From contig JBAVGL010000332.1 in assembly GCA_049684795.1 (NCBI GenBank), positions 1-56,731 on the forward strand: a stretch of DNA of 56,731 nt. The letters are read 5' to 3'. The notes under the pieces were generated by a model. It saw only the letters and a list, made by a program, of their open reading frames with translations, ran no database searches and had not been told where the DNA came from. The stretch comes from Chitinivibrionales bacterium. Its GTDB lineage: Bacteria > Fibrobacterota > Chitinivibrionia > Chitinivibrionales > FEN-1185. Shown one piece after another: positions 9,819-18,914 of the stretch (position 1 is the stretch's first letter; each line of letters opens with the position of its first letter). A program made the position numbers and the translations under genes.

Positions 9819-11905
9819 TTTATTGCCGCCTTGAAACGTTCAAGTTTTCCGGTACGATTTGCTTCTATGAGCATCGACTGTATATTATCAACCGTAGTTG
9901 AGTCCGTATTCCCATAAAAATGAAAATGTGTATCTCCATCACCACCCATGTTTTTTGACTCCGTTTTTGTATTGACCACCGAGTGCGCTGGAAGGAAAAT
10001 GGTTTCATCCTGGTGGACACGGGCGAAACCTCCTGGAGCGTTCTTTGTTCCTGTTGAGAATGAGCTTATGGCTCCTTTTGCTACTTCTCCGATTGCCGAT
10101 ATCCCTGCCGCTTCAGCAGCACCAACAAGAAGACCCCAATATCCCTCAGTCTCTACATTTTGTAAAGTATTTGAAGCTATTGCGGCAAGTTCTTCTTTTT
10201 CAAGAAAATCAACAACCATATCTAATAAATCCTTCATTGCCGATTTCATGGTAAGTTTTCCGGTGGCAAGTCCTTTACCAATTTCTGAACCAAAAGACTC
10301 CCCTAAGTGTACGGATAATTCAGTCATTTTCTCATCGTGTTTTTTCTTTTCTTCCTCCATTTTTTTATCTTCTTCTTCCCATATTTTTCTCTCTTTTTCC
10401 ACTGCTGTTCTTACTGCCTCATCTGATTTATTTTGAGGCTCCATTTTTTTCTTTTTTTCATCAAGATCAAGCGCTGCTTTCTCGGATGTATACTCTTTTG
10501 TCAATAATAGTTGTGCCTGTAAGTGTCCTTCAAGCAATTTATATTCATAGTCATAATTTTTACTTAATTCAATAAGTTTTTTCTGGTCCTCATCTGCGCC
10601 AATTAAATCACCCTTGTTTTTTATTTTATTTATAAGGGTTATTATTTCTTGCTGTCTCTTTACTTCGAGGGACTGCTCAGGGTCTTCACTATCTTCACCA
10701 CCTCCACCACCTTTTTCATTATAGGTAATATTTTTCTTGGTATGAGTTTCGGTGACTCCTTTTGCCATCATTCCCGCAAAGCTTCTTAGTTTATTTTCTG
10801 CAATATCAATGTCCCCACCAGAACTTTTTATAATTGATAGCTCTTGCTGTAAGTTAGCAATAGATGCTTTAGTGGCTTCAATTTCGTTATACTTAGCAAT
10901 AAGTTTTTTATTTTGATAATCCATAAATGGTATATTGCTTAAAACTTGTTGTTTACTATATTCTTCTTGCTGCTGTCCTAATCTATCTTGAGCTTCACCG
11001 AGCTTATCAGTTGCTTGCTCTTGTACCTGTAAAGTAGCTGCTCCAGTTGTACGTAAAGTAGCTAATAGTTGATTAGTAGTTGATAATGCCTCATTCTGTT
11101 TATTTATATTAGATACTATCTCATCTGTTTTACTATGACCTAAAATCCATTCCCATGAGTCCTTTAGTTCAAGAAATTTTTTAGACCAAAAATTTAAAAC
11201 AGGAATAAGCTCATCACCGATTGCTTTGCTTATTTCCTCAATATTTTTTGTCAATTGACCATATTCGCCTTGTGAATCTGATAACGCTTTTGCCTGACCG
11301 CCAAACCTTTCAGTGAGTCCCTTTACAATACTGTCAAGCCGCTCATGGCTCCCAGCTGCCCCTTGCACCGATATACCGAGACCGCGCATTGTAGTGACGT
11401 TTGAATTAAATGTTCGCCCAATTAATGTTGCCGCACTATCAAGGCTACCAGTTTTTACGGCAAGGTCTTCCATTGTTGGAACAAGCATTTTTAACTGCGC
11501 TTCATCCTTTATATAGAAAGCGAGATTTGCTTCACCGCTCGTAAGTTGGTCTTTTTTATAAAGAGTTACTTTGGCATCGGCCTCAGCAATTTTATCTAAC
11601 GCTTCAGACTGAAATCCAAGGGCCTGGGTTAGTTTTGCGGAAGCAAGGGCTCCGGTCTGAAATTCAGCCACCCCTTCCTTTATAAATGAAAACGCCTTTT
11701 CAGCGGCAAATAGTCCAATGATTTTACGGCCAAGATCATCAAGCTTATCCGTAAAGGCATCCGATGCTTTCCCAGCGTCATTAAAATGAGATTCGGCTTT
11801 ATCCCCAAACTCCTCAATCTTATCATTTATGGTATCAAGGTTTTGAGAAACAAAATCTTTTAACCGCGCTTCCATTTCCAGTGCCGGAAGATCAAAATCG
11901 CTCAT
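9815..11905 (-). CDS. Tape measure protein
   Basis: 696-aa ORF. It is long, helical, K/E/Q-rich and coiled-coil-like, has a C-terminal hydrophobic Gly-rich patch (GYWGLLVGAAEAAGISAIGEVAKGAI), and sits after two chaperone-position genes. Confidence 0.85.
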   Translation of the reverse strand: MSDFDLPALEMEARLKDFVSQNLDTINDKIEEFGDKAESHFNDAGKASDAFTDKLDDLGRKIIGLFAAEKAFSFIKEGVAEFQTGALASAKLTQALGFQSEALDKIAEADAKVTLYKKDQLTSGEANLAFYIKDEAQLKMLVPTMEDLAVKTGSLDSAATLIGRTFNSNVTTMRGLGISVQGAAGSHERLDSIVKGLTERFGGQAKALSDSQGEYGQLTKNIEEISKAIGDELIPVLNFWSKKFLELKDSWEWILGHSKTDEIVSNINKQNEALSTTNQLLATLRTTGAATLQVQEQATDKLGEAQDRLGQQQEEYSKQQVLSNIPFMDYQNKKLIAKYNEIEATKASIANLQQELSIIKSSGGDIDIAENKLRSFAGMMAKGVTETHTKKNITYNEKGGGGGEDSEDPEQSLEVKRQQEIITLINKIKNKGDLIGADEDQKKLIELSKNYDYEYKLLEGHLQAQLLLTKEYTSEKAALDLDEKKKKMEPQNKSDEAVRTAVEKERKIWEEEDKKMEEEKKKHDEKMTELSVHLGESFGSEIGKGLATGKLTMKSAMKDLLDMVVDFLEKEELAAIASNTLQNVETEGYWGLLVGAAEAAGISAIGEVAKGAISSFSTGTKNAPGGFARVHQDETIFLPAHSVVNTKTESKNMGGDGDTHFHFYGNTDSTTVDNIQSMLIEANRTGKLERFKAAIK

Positions 11906-12231
11906 ATACCTTTATCCTTATTAAGCAACAATTCATATTCAGCCCTGTACTTATTAAACGCTCGCATTGCCAATAGAAACCGTAATGAAATATTACGTAT
12001 TGCTGGCATCGGTGCGGTTGGAAACTCTGCGGTATGGTATTTGTAAATCATAAAAAATTTATGCACGCTATCAGGAATAAATTTAATCGGACAACTCCAT
12101 AATTTATAATGGATGTTATTTTCAATGTATTCAAATGTCGGTAAATAAACCTTGGCTTTTCCATTGCAGCCCCAAGCATCCTGGAAGTTTTTATTACTAT
12201 CACATTTTGTACACTCATATTTTCCACGCAT
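11902..12231 (-). CDS. Cys-rich protein in the tail-assembly-chaperone position
   Basis: 109-aa ORF with CTKC...C motifs, overlapping the tape measure start by 4 nt. No programmed-frameshift signal was seen. Confidence 0.4.
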   Translation of the reverse strand: MRGKYECTKCDSNKNFQDAWGCNGKAKVYLPTFEYIENNIHYKLWSCPIKFIPDSVHKFFMIYKYHTAEFPTAPMPAIRNISLRFLLAMRAFNKYRAEYELLLNKDKGI

Positions 12232-12254
12232 TGCTCCAGAATTAATACCGGCTG

Positions 12255-12719
12255 CTATTCTAAACCCAACAGCTCGTCTTCATTTAGTGTTGAATGGTTG
12301 TCAATCGCTTTCTGTAACTCAGTTTGTAAACGAGGATGAAAAAGATTAATATATTTTGTCACCGCTTCACCTTTTGCCATTGAAACCGTTTTACCATTTT
12401 CAACGGGAAAGTTTTTGAAAGAAATAAGCCCTTCCTCAAGCGCCGTAATCCGTGCCTTACCGGAATCTATAACAAATTTTCGTCCTTCTTTTTCATCGAT
12501 ATTAAGATAGCCTAAACCGTCTTCTGCTTCAGCAAGTGCTATTCCTCCGCGACTACGCAATATAAACACCGGCCATAATTTTTTAGGTATTTTGTTTTTT
12601 ACGTCTCTATAAAACATAGGAACGTATTTAAACTCCGTTTCAACATCAAATCCAAGCATACCATTTTTTTTGAGTCTTTCCCGTATCTCATCGGTAAGCT
12701 CAATATTTTTTTCTTCCAC
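12255..12719 (-). CDS. Tail assembly chaperone candidate
   Basis: 154-aa ORF with a GTG start preceded by GAAGGAGG. Acidic C-terminus (NEDELLGLE). Positioned between the tail tube and the tape measure. Confidence 0.45.
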   Translation of the reverse strand: MEEKNIELTDEIRERLKKNGMLGFDVETEFKYVPMFYRDVKNKIPKKLWPVFILRSRGGIALAEAEDGLGYLNIDEKEGRKFVIDSGKARITALEEGLISFKNFPVENGKTVSMAKGEAVTKYINLFHPRLQTELQKAIDNHSTLNEDELLGLE

Positions 12720-12821
12720 CGTGTCCTCCTTCAGTTAAAATGCGGAAGGGCTCGGGCAGGAACCGAGGGCACTAAGCTCCTGAAGCGTTTGCTCGTCCCG
12801 AACCGCCGCACATTTTTTTAT

Positions 12822-13811
12822 TTACGATATTGCGCCCTGTAAAATCATAAATTCATCATTACCTAAATTACGTGAAAGCAGGCATTTAACTTCATTTGTC
12901 ACCCGACCTTCACGTTTTCCAGGTTTATTTGACTGTATTACTTGACATTTCGGTGCCGTAATTGTCAATGGGATTCCAGTGGTGCTTGATCCTATCGTCT
13001 CAGAATACGCTCCAGGGGAAGAACCAATACCCATTAAATTACCGTACATATCTTGCGTTGATACTGGCCGTAAAGCGGGATCAAGTTCAAGGGTGGGCGT
13101 CCTATCAATAATACGTGTTCCCTCAAACCCTTGTCCCTTTGTTGGGTCTTTCCATACTTCGAGTTTGTTGCCTACGTCAAGCGTTAATTTATCAAACATC
13201 TGAGAAACACCATACAATGAAGTGGTGCAAGCGAGAACCGCTTGTGGCAATGCCGCATCCCATCCAGTAGGCATGATTTGGTTTGCAAAAGAACGTTCAT
13301 TTACACTTACGAGTACACCGGTAAAATCAAATTGAATTTTCTTAGGGAGACCAACACCGGCCCCGACAAATTTTGCCGTCCCCATACATCCTCGCGCTGC
13401 TACCACCACTTGCAGCGGGGAAATTCCCTCATCCATTTCAACTACTTCAATTGTCATCGGCACATTGAAATAACCACTATGTGGAATCAACGCGCACCCG
13501 GTGGTATTATAAATTGTTTGTTTAAGTCCACAAGCCCGTAGACATTTCCAGTAGTTAGGTGGTGTATAAACATTCGTACCTACACAAACATCCACTTCAA
13601 ATGTGATTTTTATTTTTTGCGTACCCGGAATTTGTAAATCATTTGAAGCGTCCCCGCGAGCAAGTCTTCGTGCATACATTGCCACTTCAGGATCATAATT
13701 TATATTGTATGCCGCTACATTATAATCCGTTGCCGCTAATGTTTCTTGTACGTAAGGAGTGCCTTCAATTTTGCACCCCATAGTACGCTTGATTTCTAAA
13801 AACCCACTCAT
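12822..13811 (-). CDS. Major tail tube protein candidate
   Basis: 329-aa ORF upstream of the chaperone-TMP block. No sheath gene is present. Called by synteny. Confidence 0.6.
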   Translation of the reverse strand: MSGFLEIKRTMGCKIEGTPYVQETLAATDYNVAAYNINYDPEVAMYARRLARGDASNDLQIPGTQKIKITFEVDVCVGTNVYTPPNYWKCLRACGLKQTIYNTTGCALIPHSGYFNVPMTIEVVEMDEGISPLQVVVAARGCMGTAKFVGAGVGLPKKIQFDFTGVLVSVNERSFANQIMPTGWDAALPQAVLACTTSLYGVSQMFDKLTLDVGNKLEVWKDPTKGQGFEGTRIIDRTPTLELDPALRPVSTQDMYGNLMGIGSSPGAYSETIGSSTTGIPLTITAPKCQVIQSNKPGKREGRVTNEVKCLLSRNLGNDEFMILQGAIS

Positions 13812-13841
13812 AAAAGCATCTCCTTATTTATCCAACTACCC

Positions 13842-14348
13842 TCAATAACTTATTTTCATAGGATCGGTAAGCAACTGGCTATACCAAACTTTTAATCTTC
13901 CGACAAAACCGGTTTGTGGTGCATTGGCATTCTGCCCGAATGGTTCCGCACTATGATACATACAGGAAAATGCCGAAGGTACTCCGTTTGAATCCGGTAT
14001 GTTCCAATGTAAACCAAAATATTTTTGTATATCCGCTTTTAAACTGTTTCTTGCTGCCCGTGGATTGTCTTGCACGTTTAAATAACACTCAAATATTAAG
14101 TCGAAGTCATTAAATAGTTTAGCCTGATTTCCTCCGGTCTGCTCATGCGGCCCGTTAGGATTGGCATTTGAGCATGAGTCCATACCTTCATAGATATTTA
14201 CGCAAGGCATTTCGATCATCGCCCCCACTTCAATAGGTGGGCTATATGCATGTAAAATAGTATTATTATAACCGTTTGCTTGTGTGATGGTTGTCAAGCC
14301 GTACTGGGCGGCAGTTATAATATTATCATATACAGAAATAATGCTCAT
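13842..14348 (-). CDS. Tail terminator / tail completion protein candidate
   Basis: 168-aa ORF immediately upstream of the tube gene. Called by position only. Confidence 0.4.
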   Translation of the reverse strand: MSIISVYDNIITAAQYGLTTITQANGYNNTILHAYSPPIEVGAMIEMPCVNIYEGMDSCSNANPNGPHEQTGGNQAKLFNDFDLIFECYLNVQDNPRAARNSLKADIQKYFGLHWNIPDSNGVPSAFSCMYHSAEPFGQNANAPQTGFVGRLKVWYSQLLTDPMKISY

Positions 14349-14524
14349 TTTTTACTCCACAAAGAACGCCTACCATAACTATTACAATATTCCTCATCTA
14401 TATTATGTCCTTGTTTTTCTTGGTATTCTCCCCATTGTTGCGTATGCTGTTTATGTAAAGTATTTTCTTTTTTAGTAAATAAGTTATACAAAAACTTTTT
14501 TATTAAAAAATGATAGTGTTCCAT
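14345..14524 (-). CDS. Small hypothetical protein
   Basis: 59 aa from the internal Met (MEHYHFLIKK). This start avoids overlap with the upstream glycosyltransferase. No motif recognised. Confidence 0.3.
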   Translation of the reverse strand: MEHYHFLIKKFLYNLFTKKENTLHKQHTQQWGEYQEKQGHNIDEEYCNSYGRRSLWSKK

Positions 14525-14538
14525 TTTATCTATTGGGG

Positions 14539-15714
14539 CTACTTGGCACATAATTGATCCTTAAGGTTTTCGATAATGGTTTTTCGCTGGGAAAGAAGGT
14601 ATACATCTTCTGGCCCGTGCTTCAATGCCACTTTGTTGTACCATAAAGCTTGTTCAAGGTCGCCGGTTTTTTGATATAGTCCGGCTAATCTCTGTGCCGG
14701 ATATTCTTCATAGTAGGCTTTATCCTGTAAAGGACCGGTTCCAAATTTCTTGATTATCGCGGCTTTAAATAGTTCCGTAGCCGATTTGGTATCTCCTTCG
14801 GCTATTTTAACATCACCGAGAATAACAAGCGGTTCGGCGTTATCCTGTGATATTGAAAAACATATCCGTAAATATCTTTCAGCAAGTATAGCGGTATCCT
14901 GACAAAGTGAATTTTCTTTTCCGGGTGATTGTTTATACAAAAAGAATTTTGCAAGGAACAAGCAAGCGTCATAGATATTAGATAGATCGTCTTTTAAAGT
15001 ATTCACCATATTGATAATGATAGGGACCGCCGCTGTCCACTGCCCATCCTGAATAAGATCACGCGCAAAGTAAAAGGCATAATGTTTATTTTCAGGATCA
15101 ATAAAATATTCATTCTCAAGTATTTTTAAATTCCTTATTAAACTATCACGTGAAGATTTTTTTGGTAAGTGTACTACGTCAAGGCCCACAAAATCCGCAC
15201 GCTTATGTGTTGACGGTAATATGGTAAGCTGTTCGTGAACAACTCCTTTCCACTTAATACCGGACGCTCGGCGAAACATTCTTTCCCGTGAAAATACATT
15301 CCCGGCCGAACCATCTTTATTAATTGTCAAAACATAAGGAGCGACAAAGTAATCACGGTCAAGGTTTGCAGCGACCACTTCTCTAATTTTCATAAAACAT
15401 ATTTCAATACCTTCAATTGGAATAACATCATCCGAATCCAACCACATAACGTACTCGGAATTTGTTAGTTGTAAAGCCATATTACGAGCACCACCGAAGT
15501 CACCATAAGGATGGTCTTTATCTTCCCACTTGAAGTTCCCTGTTTTATCAGCATATTGATTTATAACTGCTCTTACGTCTTCATCTTTTTCATCCGTGGT
15601 TACGAGCACTATCTCATCGAACAATCTACGCATATCGTAAGACTCAAAGAAGCGCCGGGCAATCGGCCCGTCACCTTTTCCCATTATCATATTTAATGCT
15701 ATCCGTATCATCAT
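14539..15714 (-). CDS. Family-2-like glycosyltransferase with a TPR-like C-terminal half
   Basis: N-terminal GT-A features (IVLVTTDEKDEDV..., YVMWLDSDDVI with a DxD motif). The C-terminal helical repeats resemble TPR. Confidence 0.7.
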   Translation of the reverse strand: MMIRIALNMIMGKGDGPIARRFFESYDMRRLFDEIVLVTTDEKDEDVRAVINQYADKTGNFKWEDKDHPYGDFGGARNMALQLTNSEYVMWLDSDDVIPIEGIEICFMKIREVVAANLDRDYFVAPYVLTINKDGSAGNVFSRERMFRRASGIKWKGVVHEQLTILPSTHKRADFVGLDVVHLPKKSSRDSLIRNLKILENEYFIDPENKHYAFYFARDLIQDGQWTAAVPIIINMVNTLKDDLSNIYDACLFLAKFFLYKQSPGKENSLCQDTAILAERYLRICFSISQDNAEPLVILGDVKIAEGDTKSATELFKAAIIKKFGTGPLQDKAYYEEYPAQRLAGLYQKTGDLEQALWYNKVALKHGPEDVYLLSQRKTIIENLKDQLCAK

Positions 15715-15720
15715 GCCCTC

Positions 15721-16638
15721 CTAAATAAATTCTGAATTTTTAATTGTCTTTGCATTATGTATAAGTAAATTAATTTCATTATTTTTACAACAAATTTGAC
15801 AATCTTTTTTTACAGGTAAAAACTCCGGCATTTTTCTACAAATATTATCAAAAGAACTTTTATATATATTTCCTAAATTGTAAATAGGATCATGCCTCAT
15901 ATACATACATACATCAATATTACCATTTTCCCATATCATTGATGAAAAATGAAATCCTTCACATCGTGTATAACCACGTTCTATTTTTTTACAGTCAGAA
16001 AATTTCCAGTCAAGAGCTACTAACTTTTCATCTTGAATATTTGACTGTTTGATTTGTGTAGGAACTCCCATAATATTTAAAGCCGGTCGGATTTGAACGT
16101 ACTCTAAATTATATTTATATGCAATTTCAATCGCTTTTTTTATTTCATCATCCTGAAAATCACTACTATAATTAATTGCTATACCAACCTGCTTACAAGA
16201 TTCTGAAATTATTTTAATATTGTTAACCGGAAAATCCTTATCTGTTTTTGTTATCCGAATCCATTCTAAAAAAGAAGGTTCATATTTAATCGGTGCTAAT
16301 GCGTTTGTAAACATACCTTGCTTTAAAATAGTACGTTTATTAACTCGTTTTATACCCCAATCTATTTCAGGATGCAATGAAGGTTCACCACCCCCAGACC
16401 AAGTAACAGATTTTAAACTTAATTCCGAACCTTGACATAAAAAATCAATTAAAGATGACATATTAATAAAATCATCTTTTTTATTTCTGTCATATTTATA
16501 AAAACAACAAGGACAGTTTGCATTACAAAGACTTGTCGGAGACACTTCAATACTTAGCATTGTAAGTAAAGTTTCATCACTCAAATATTGAATAAACTCT
16601 TTATGCTTTGCTAATTTTATACATGGATTAAATATCAT
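15721..16638 (-). CDS. Radical SAM enzyme (possible SPASM-like C-terminal Cys cluster)
   Basis: CNANCPCC is a CX3CX2C motif, followed by WSGGGEPSLHPEI. C-terminal cysteines are CEGF...VCMY...CQICC. Start set at MIFNPC, preceded by GGAGGA. Confidence 0.8.
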   Translation of the reverse strand: MIFNPCIKLAKHKEFIQYLSDETLLTMLSIEVSPTSLCNANCPCCFYKYDRNKKDDFINMSSLIDFLCQGSELSLKSVTWSGGGEPSLHPEIDWGIKRVNKRTILKQGMFTNALAPIKYEPSFLEWIRITKTDKDFPVNNIKIISESCKQVGIAINYSSDFQDDEIKKAIEIAYKYNLEYVQIRPALNIMGVPTQIKQSNIQDEKLVALDWKFSDCKKIERGYTRCEGFHFSSMIWENGNIDVCMYMRHDPIYNLGNIYKSSFDNICRKMPEFLPVKKDCQICCKNNEINLLIHNAKTIKNSEFI

Positions 16639-16655
16639 TGTGTCCTCCAATAAAT

Positions 16656-17231
16656 TTAGGTATTCTGAGCGTGAATATTAGATACTCGTTTAAAGACAGC
16701 AAGCTCAATAGCCTGATCAACTAATTGCCAGTCGCAATCATTTTGGATAACTGGACGAAGATAACAAGATTTACCATTTATCCAATCGTGGCAAATAAGA
16801 TACTTACCTACTGATATATAAGGCCTAAATAAAGTAAAGTCATAAACCATTTTTATTGAAGATGCCCCACCATCAAGAAAAACTATGTCTGGTTTATTTA
16901 TTTTAGGAAGTAACGTTGAAAAAATTTCCTCAGAATCACCAAAATTAAAATTAATATACTGTTTTAATCCAATAAGATCATTGGCACTATTATACAGGTT
17001 TAATGCATAGTCATAAAGTTCTTGGTTATTTTCACAAGTATACAAAGTACCTTTTCCTATATTTCTAAGAGCACTTGAAATAAAGTATGTTGATCCTCCT
17101 CCACGTGCCGTACCTACTTCACAAACAGAAACAGGTTTTTCTTGCATTACTACATTGTAAAGCAATTCTCTCTCAAGTGGGTTCATCTGACCTTCAAACC
17201 GGTCACGCTCAAAATTTGGTACTCTTAACAT
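16656..17231 (-). CDS. Class I SAM-dependent methyltransferase
   Basis: VCEVGTARGGGSTYF is a motif I-like Gly-rich loop. IVFLDGG is a post-I/II acidic strand, as in small O-methyltransferases. Confidence 0.65.
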   Translation of the reverse strand: MLRVPNFERDRFEGQMNPLERELLYNVVMQEKPVSVCEVGTARGGGSTYFISSALRNIGKGTLYTCENNQELYDYALNLYNSANDLIGLKQYINFNFGDSEEIFSTLLPKINKPDIVFLDGGASSIKMVYDFTLFRPYISVGKYLICHDWINGKSCYLRPVIQNDCDWQLVDQAIELAVFKRVSNIHAQNT

Positions 17232-17254
17232 TATGCCCTCCTATTATTAAAGTT

Positions 17255-18001
17255 TTACATACAATCAAATGCATATTTAGCCATCCTATTTATTTTAAAT
17301 CCGGCATTACTTATACCACAAACAAAATGAGCAAGACAAATATTTCTTATGTCCGGTTCATGCTGAGGGTCAACCATCTGTATAAACGGATAAGCAAACG
17401 TTGTTTCTAATCTGTTTGCCTTCCATGCGCAATAATTAAATGCCGGTTGTTCGTGTGTTTCTCCATCTGGTTTATCAGTATATAGTTTATATGCACTTTT
17501 TAGTACATTAAGATTTTCTCTTATTGGTCTAAATCCAAGAACTCCGGCATTAACACCCCATTGATTTGATTTTTCTAACTCTATTTTATCTTGCTCACTA
17601 AAATATTTTTTTCCATGGTAGTTACTATCTTTTATAGGCATTTCAGGAGAACCAGTAATTCCCTCCCCGATTACACCAAAAAGATTATATACACTCTTAA
17701 AAAATATAGTATCAACGTTAAGATATAAAACTTTATCATATCTAATAATATCAGGAAAATTGCTTTCAACTGATAAACCAAAAGGTGAAAACTTATCCCA
17801 TGTAGCACCATTTTCAGGAAAGTTAATTACTTTAAACTTATCTCTATTTTTTATACTAATAAATGCGTTTTCAGGGAATGCCGAAAAAACAATATAATCT
17901 CCACTATATTCTCCCCGTTTTAGTAAAGTTTGAAAGCAGAGATTAAATAGTTGTAAATATCCGTAATCTCCTCCAATAGTACTATAAATTAAAGTTTTCA
18001 C
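17255..18001 (-). CDS. GT8-like nucleotide-sugar glycosyltransferase
   Basis: VLYLNVDTIFF is DxD-like. GVNAGVLGF resembles the GT8 N.GV motif. Confidence 0.55.
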   Translation of the reverse strand: MKTLIYSTIGGDYGYLQLFNLCFQTLLKRGEYSGDYIVFSAFPENAFISIKNRDKFKVINFPENGATWDKFSPFGLSVESNFPDIIRYDKVLYLNVDTIFFKSVYNLFGVIGEGITGSPEMPIKDSNYHGKKYFSEQDKIELEKSNQWGVNAGVLGFRPIRENLNVLKSAYKLYTDKPDGETHEQPAFNYCAWKANRLETTFAYPFIQMVDPQHEPDIRNICLAHFVCGISNAGFKINRMAKYAFDCM

Positions 18002-18831
18002 TCATTGCCCTCCAGTAAAAGTTTTTTATCCTCCGCTATTATATTTAACCAATATGATAGTGTCAATTTTTCGTAGTTCCATTTCCTCGCTTGATATTCA
18101 TTCCATATAATATTTAAAAGCTCTTCGGTTATAACGGACCAATCTTCAACAATGAGGATCGGCAGATCACAAAAAGACTGCGTAAGAACACTACGCTTGA
18201 CAATAGGAATGCTACCCATATACAGGGCCTCCCATGTCCGGTGACAATCAATGCCGTTGCCTGGAGGAGAGAGGACAAACTTATGGTTATAACAATTAGC
18301 AATAAAATCTTTGAAAGATTGCCCGTGCGGCTTCCATGTACACCATGCCTGTTTTTGAAAATGCTCCGTAACATAGTCCCGCTCCCCGTGATTATTGTTT
18401 GCATTATGGTTCATGTAAACAAGATTTTTATATTCCCGTTTTGTTTTCCAGCATTCAACAAGAACCGTAGCATCGCTTGAATATCCTCCTCCCAGCGGTC
18501 GCTCCATCCCGGAAGGTATAGGTATTAAGTGTCTATCAAGCAATGATACATTTAATCCATACCACTTAACTATACAAGGAGGACGTATGTCAAAGTTTCC
18601 CTTTCCAATTGGGAAATCTGAGTTATGCGTAATGAGTATATAATTATTATTGCTATTAATTAAAATTTCAAACAACATAAAGATGTAATCAGTTTTACAG
18701 AATACGACCGCGCTATTATTTAGTAAATAATCGGCCTGTTGATATGTTGGTTCTCCATCAATAATGACATCCGCCGCCTTCCGAAATTTATCCCCGTGAA
18801 TTACTTCATTTAACATATTAAATGAATACAT
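17998..18831 (-). CDS. Exostosin (GT47)-like glycosyltransferase
   Basis: FVLSPPGNGIDCHRTWEALYMGSIPIV matches the exostosin-family C-terminal motif. Confidence 0.6.
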   Translation of the reverse strand: MYSFNMLNEVIHGDKFRKAADVIIDGEPTYQQADYLLNNSAVVFCKTDYIFMLFEILINSNNNYILITHNSDFPIGKGNFDIRPPCIVKWYGLNVSLLDRHLIPIPSGMERPLGGGYSSDATVLVECWKTKREYKNLVYMNHNANNNHGERDYVTEHFQKQAWCTWKPHGQSFKDFIANCYNHKFVLSPPGNGIDCHRTWEALYMGSIPIVKRSVLTQSFCDLPILIVEDWSVITEELLNIIWNEYQARKWNYEKLTLSYWLNIIAEDKKLLLEGNE

Positions 18832-18914
18832 CGTAAAAGCCCCCGTTTAAATCGTTTTGACCCTGTTTTGATAAATATCATTCATTTTTTATTATAATCA
18901 ACCCTACACCTTAT

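Noticed and set aside
11902-12719. A programmed -1 frameshift between the two chaperone-position genes, as in lambda G/GT.
   Set aside because: The two ORFs do not overlap (23-nt gap), and I saw no slippery heptamer near the end of the first ORF.
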